A DNA stretch of 64,000 bases from Salinimicrobium sp. GTDB taxonomy: Archaea; Thermoplasmatota; Poseidoniia; Poseidoniales; Poseidoniaceae. Location: assembly GCA_964228865.1 (NCBI GenBank), contig CAXRAI010000016.1:54440-118439 (forward strand). The letters run 5' to 3'. The notes below the pieces were generated by a model. That model was not told the origin of the DNA. It saw only the letters and a program-made list of their open reading frames with translations, and made no database searches. Of this stretch, positions 61,311-64,000 are shown one piece after another. Within the stretch, counting starts at the first letter, position 1; each line of letters begins with the position of its first letter. A program made the translations under genes and the position numbers.

Positions 61311-61393
61311 CGCGGTGAGGGGGATTTGAACCCCCGAGGGTAGAACCCACAGGATTAGCAATCCTGCGCAATACCAGGCTATGCGATCACCGC
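61311..61393 (-). tRNA. tRNA-Ser (anticodon GCU) with a long variable arm; CCA is not encoded
   Basis: The minus-strand sequence is GCGGTGA-TC-GCAT-AGCCTGGTA-TTGC-G-CAGGA-TTGCTAA-TCCTG-TGGGTTCTACCCTC-GGGGG-TTCAAAT-CCCCC-TCACCGC, plus a discriminator G. The 7-bp acceptor stem, 5-bp anticodon and T stems are fully paired, the T-loop is TTCAAAT, and the 14-nt variable arm is typical of Ser. Confidence 0.85.
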
Positions 61394-61448
61394 AGCGCTC
61401 CGGGCCACCGAAGGTTCGGTCATGAAGGCTGCGGTGAGGGTCGCGGAC

Positions 61449-64000
61449 TCAGAAGAAGTCGTCGAACTCTTCGGCCACGGAATTGGCCTGTTGTTGGCGG
61501 ATCCGTGCAGCGACAATGCGCTTCAGCCGGCGGTGGCGCCCCCTGAGCACAGGCAGGCCAATCGCCACCATCACAAACGCCACGAGCAGCACACCCAGTG
61601 CAGCTTGGAACAAACCGTCGCTCGCCATTCCATCCACGAGTTTGCCCACCCATGGACTGCCCAAGGGCGGTTCTGGTTCGGGCTCGGGCTCAGGGATGAG
61701 GTGCTGGTTGTACGCCCACCACTGGTCGTCGATCAAGAGACGAACGCTGTTCTCACCGATGACCACAGGGTTGTCGTTGCCCACGGCATCCGTTGGTGTC
61801 AGCACGAAGTAGAACACGCGGTACGGCCGGATGGATTCGTCAACGGAGCCGTTCATGTCGTAACGGCCTTCTTCGCCAGGGAAGGCTTGCATGTTGGCCA
61901 TCAGCGGCGTCAGGGCACTCAGGTCGAGCCCCACAGGGTCGATTTCAACGCGGTACAGGTTCCACGACACGTTGCCTTCCGGTTCATGATCGGGCCACGT
62001 CCACGTGACCGCAACGTCGTAGCAACGGTCCCAGTTGCCCGTTCGCTGATGGCAGGCACTGTCGTTGGAGAAGGTGCTCGTTGCGCGCAGGTCGCTCACC
62101 ACCACGTTCGGAGGAATCGCGTCACCGCAGAACAAACCCGGTCCACCTTGCTCACCGCTGGTGACGTTGAGGCGTGACAAATCAGGCGCCCCTGAGCGAT
62201 CGGCTGGCGCGACCAGGTACGAAGCACAGGTGTCGGTCTCGAGGGGAACTGTGTCGTACCAACGGTCGTTTTCAATCGCGGTGCTGGCCACGAAGGTTGA
62301 TTCGGTGAAGTCCTCCCAAAAGGACGGATTGGAGGACGCTTCAGGTGATGGGAAATAGGTCGAGGAACCGGCGGGCATGGCCAAGCGGTAGATGTTCCAG
62401 CCCGAAAGGTAGGGGTTGTCAAGGTCACCGCTGGCGTCCCAGAGCACCTCAAGATGGCCGTTTGGACGTCGCTCGAGGCGAACGTCCTCAAGGCGCACGT
62501 CCGGCGCGGGCAACTCGCCAATGAACATGAGCACCGTGTTCTCTCGAAGCACCACGTCAATCGTACCGTCGTCGTTCACGGTGGCTTCGTTTGGAGGGGC
62601 CACGAATCCCCATGAGGTCGAATTCATGGCAGGAAGCACACGAAGTTCCACCGTTTCAGGATCGATGTTGTTCGGAAGAAGTTCACTCAGGTTGAATTGG
62701 ATGCTCATCTCGAGAAGACCCGCGTCCCCTTCAATGCCACCGGGAGCCTCCAAGCCAAAGGCATGCAGCATCAGCGGCGCCTTGCCGTTTCCAACCCCGT
62801 AATTGAGGCCCAACAGTGGGAGGCTTTCCTCATGCACGAGGACGGCCTCCTCGAGGCTCACACCTTGACCCGTGTACGCCGCACCACCGTCGATGGCGGT
62901 GTGGTGCAACACCGTGATGTCAAGGAACTCAGATTGGGTGTACCCCAACACGTCACGAACAATCAGGGAAATTCGGTGGTCGCCGAGGTCCAAGGAATCG
63001 ACCGGGACCTCGATCAGCTGTCCATAACTCGCGCCTGGGACAAGGTCGAAGATGCCGTTGATTTTCCAGGTGTAGTTGAGGGGACCTGCCGCTGTGTCCG
63101 ACGTCCGGGCGATGAGCGTCATCGTCTCATCCGTGGTGTACACACCGTTGGAATTCGACTGGCTGATTGAGGCACCGATGGGCCCAACCGTGATGTCAAC
63201 GCCGCTTTGCGTGACTTCGTTGTCCTCAGGATTCACGTCGTTCCACAGGCCAAGGTCAACGGGGATGGTGACCGAAATCCGACGGTCTTCCCCGATGAAA
63301 TCGAGGTCAAAGAGGCATTCGTGGTCGGCTCCGGGAGCCATGGTTGGAAGATCGCAGCTTTGTTGTGTGTCGAGGTTTCCAAGCACATCGGAGATGGTCA
63401 TCGTCATCGAGGAGCCCGAGATGGTGGTGTTCCCATGGTTCTCGACCAGCGCAAGCACGGCATCGTCACCGTAGTAGAAGGGAGCGTTCGGGTCCTGCGT
63501 GTTGTGGGTGGGCATGAAACCCATCACCACCAAATCGGAGGTGTCGTCGAGCCGGAGATGGATGCTTCCAATGTTGTTCGTGGGCACCAGATCGCCGCTC
63601 GAATTGAAGACGCCGAACTCAAGCAGGTACCGCCCCGGTTCGTTGTAGGAAAAGGCAGGCAAGTCGCGGCTGAGTTGTGTCAAACCGCCCCAATTGTACC
63701 CGGTCAGGTCCACGTCGGTGATGGACTCCGCGACCGGAGCACCTCCGAAGTCGTGCGTCAGGCGCCACCCCCAACTCATGTTGAGATCGCACCCGCCACA
63801 CAAGTACACGTCGTAATCGACGCGCCAGGTTTCGCCTTGGCGAGGGTAGGTCACGTTGGTGTTCAAGACCGCTCCGTCAACTCCGCTGGCAACATCGAGA
63901 AGACCGTCTCGAGGGTCTTGGTTTTCTGGGACCATGATGTCCTTGAACTCCTCGGTGAGCACCACGTTGACCACCAAGGTGTCATCGCTGGTGTCAAAAT
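61449..64000 (-). CDS. Large cell-surface protein, 5' end outside the window, with CARDB/FN3-like beta-sandwich repeats, a PEPEPEPEP linker and a C-terminal TM anchor
   Basis: The frame stays open to the window edge. FN3-like blocks include LEVLWDASGDLDNPYLSGWNIYRL and VAVTWTWPDHEPEGNVSWNLYRVE. The C-terminus is LIPEPEPEPEPPLGSPW...LGVLLVAFVMVAIGLPVLRGRHRRLKR. Confidence 0.6.
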   Translation of the reverse strand, partial: FDTSDDTLVVNVVLTEEFKDIMVPENQDPRDGLLDVASGVDGAVLNTNVTYPRQGETWRVDYDVYLCGGCDLNMSWGWRLTHDFGGAPVAESITDVDLTGYNWGGLTQLSRDLPAFSYNEPGRYLLEFGVFNSSGDLVPTNNIGSIHLRLDDTSDLVVMGFMPTHNTQDPNAPFYYGDDAVLALVENHGNTTISGSSMTMTISDVLGNLDTQQSCDLPTMAPGADHECLFDLDFIGEDRRISVTIPVDLGLWNDVNPEDNEVTQSGVDITVGPIGASISQSNSNGVYTTDETMTLIARTSDTAAGPLNYTWKINGIFDLVPGASYGQLIEVPVDSLDLGDHRISLIVRDVLGYTQSEFLDITVLHHTAIDGGAAYTGQGVSLEEAVLVHEESLPLLGLNYGVGNGKAPLMLHAFGLEAPGGIEGDAGLLEMSIQFNLSELLPNNIDPETVELRVLPAMNSTSWGFVAPPNEATVNDDGTIDVVLRENTVLMFIGELPAPDVRLEDVRLERRPNGHLEVLWDASGDLDNPYLSGWNIYRLAMPAGSSTYFPSPEASSNPSFWEDFTESTFVASTAIENDRWYDTVPLETDTCASYLVAPADRSGAPDLSRLNVTSGEQGGPGLFCGDAIPPNVVVSDLRATSTFSNDSACHQRTGNWDRCYDVAVTWTWPDHEPEGNVSWNLYRVEIDPVGLDLSALTPLMANMQAFPGEEGRYDMNGSVDESIRPYRVFYFVLTPTDAVGNDNPVVIGENSVRLLIDDQWWAYNQHLIPEPEPEPEPPLGSPWVGKLVDGMASDGLFQAALGVLLVAFVMVAIGLPVLRGRHRRLKRIVAARIRQQQANSVAEEFDDFF

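Noticed and set aside
61255-61448. Possible integrated mobile element at tRNA-Ser
   Set aside because: No integrase, transposase, phage genes or att-like direct repeat of the tRNA 3' end occur within the window. The flanking genes are ordinary surface proteins with host-like GC content.

Overview
High-GC (~60-65%) archaeal chromosomal window. Archaeal identity rests on aIF2-gamma, ribosomal protein S6e, Orc1/Cdc6, Dph2 and a complete A1A0 (A-type) ATP synthase operon in the order atpH-I-K-E-C-F-A-B-D. A gyrB-gyrA operon is present, which among archaea is restricted to Euryarchaeota. The many secreted peptidases and adhesin-like giants, the class-II HMG-CoA reductase and the only moderately acidic proteome point to a euryarchaeon, possibly Thermoplasmatota/Marine-Group-II-like or a halophile; the sequence does not resolve this. 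Gene density is high, with frequent 4-20 nt overlaps between genes. Besides the gyrB-gyrA and ATP-synthase operons, the core genes are:
- smc-scpA-scpB, a contiguous condensin operon;
- nadB, panE, aroD, a LeuA-family synthase, an acyl-CoA dehydrogenase and class-II hmgA;
- a menG/ubiE methyltransferase and one tRNA-Ser(GCU).

Accessory or unusual content:
- an exported-protease/adhesin island with a 1394-aa protein combining an HExxH zincin domain and PKD repeats, an M28 peptidase, and a membrane protein with a CarboxypepD_reg-like domain;
- an M61 peptidase with a PDZ domain;
- a tandem triad of KaiC/RecA-superfamily genes immediately upstream of menG and the atp operon, one with an intact Walker A and two P-loop-degenerate paralogs;
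- a thymidylate kinase fused to a ~240-aa uncharacterised C-terminal domain;
- a bacterial-type (class II) CCA/poly(A)-polymerase-family nucleotidyltransferase divergent from a ParB-like nuclease-domain gene;
- an Arch_ATPase+wHTH gene translationally coupled to a beta-propeller gene and a DUF357 gene;
- a TAACG-repeat/palindrome array in the divergent promoter region upstream of hmgA.

No CRISPR array, integrase or transposase was recognised. Many long antisense ORFs are GC-driven artefacts. The ORF track uses GTG/TTG as well as ATG starts, so several 5' ends were trimmed to internal ATGs on homology grounds.
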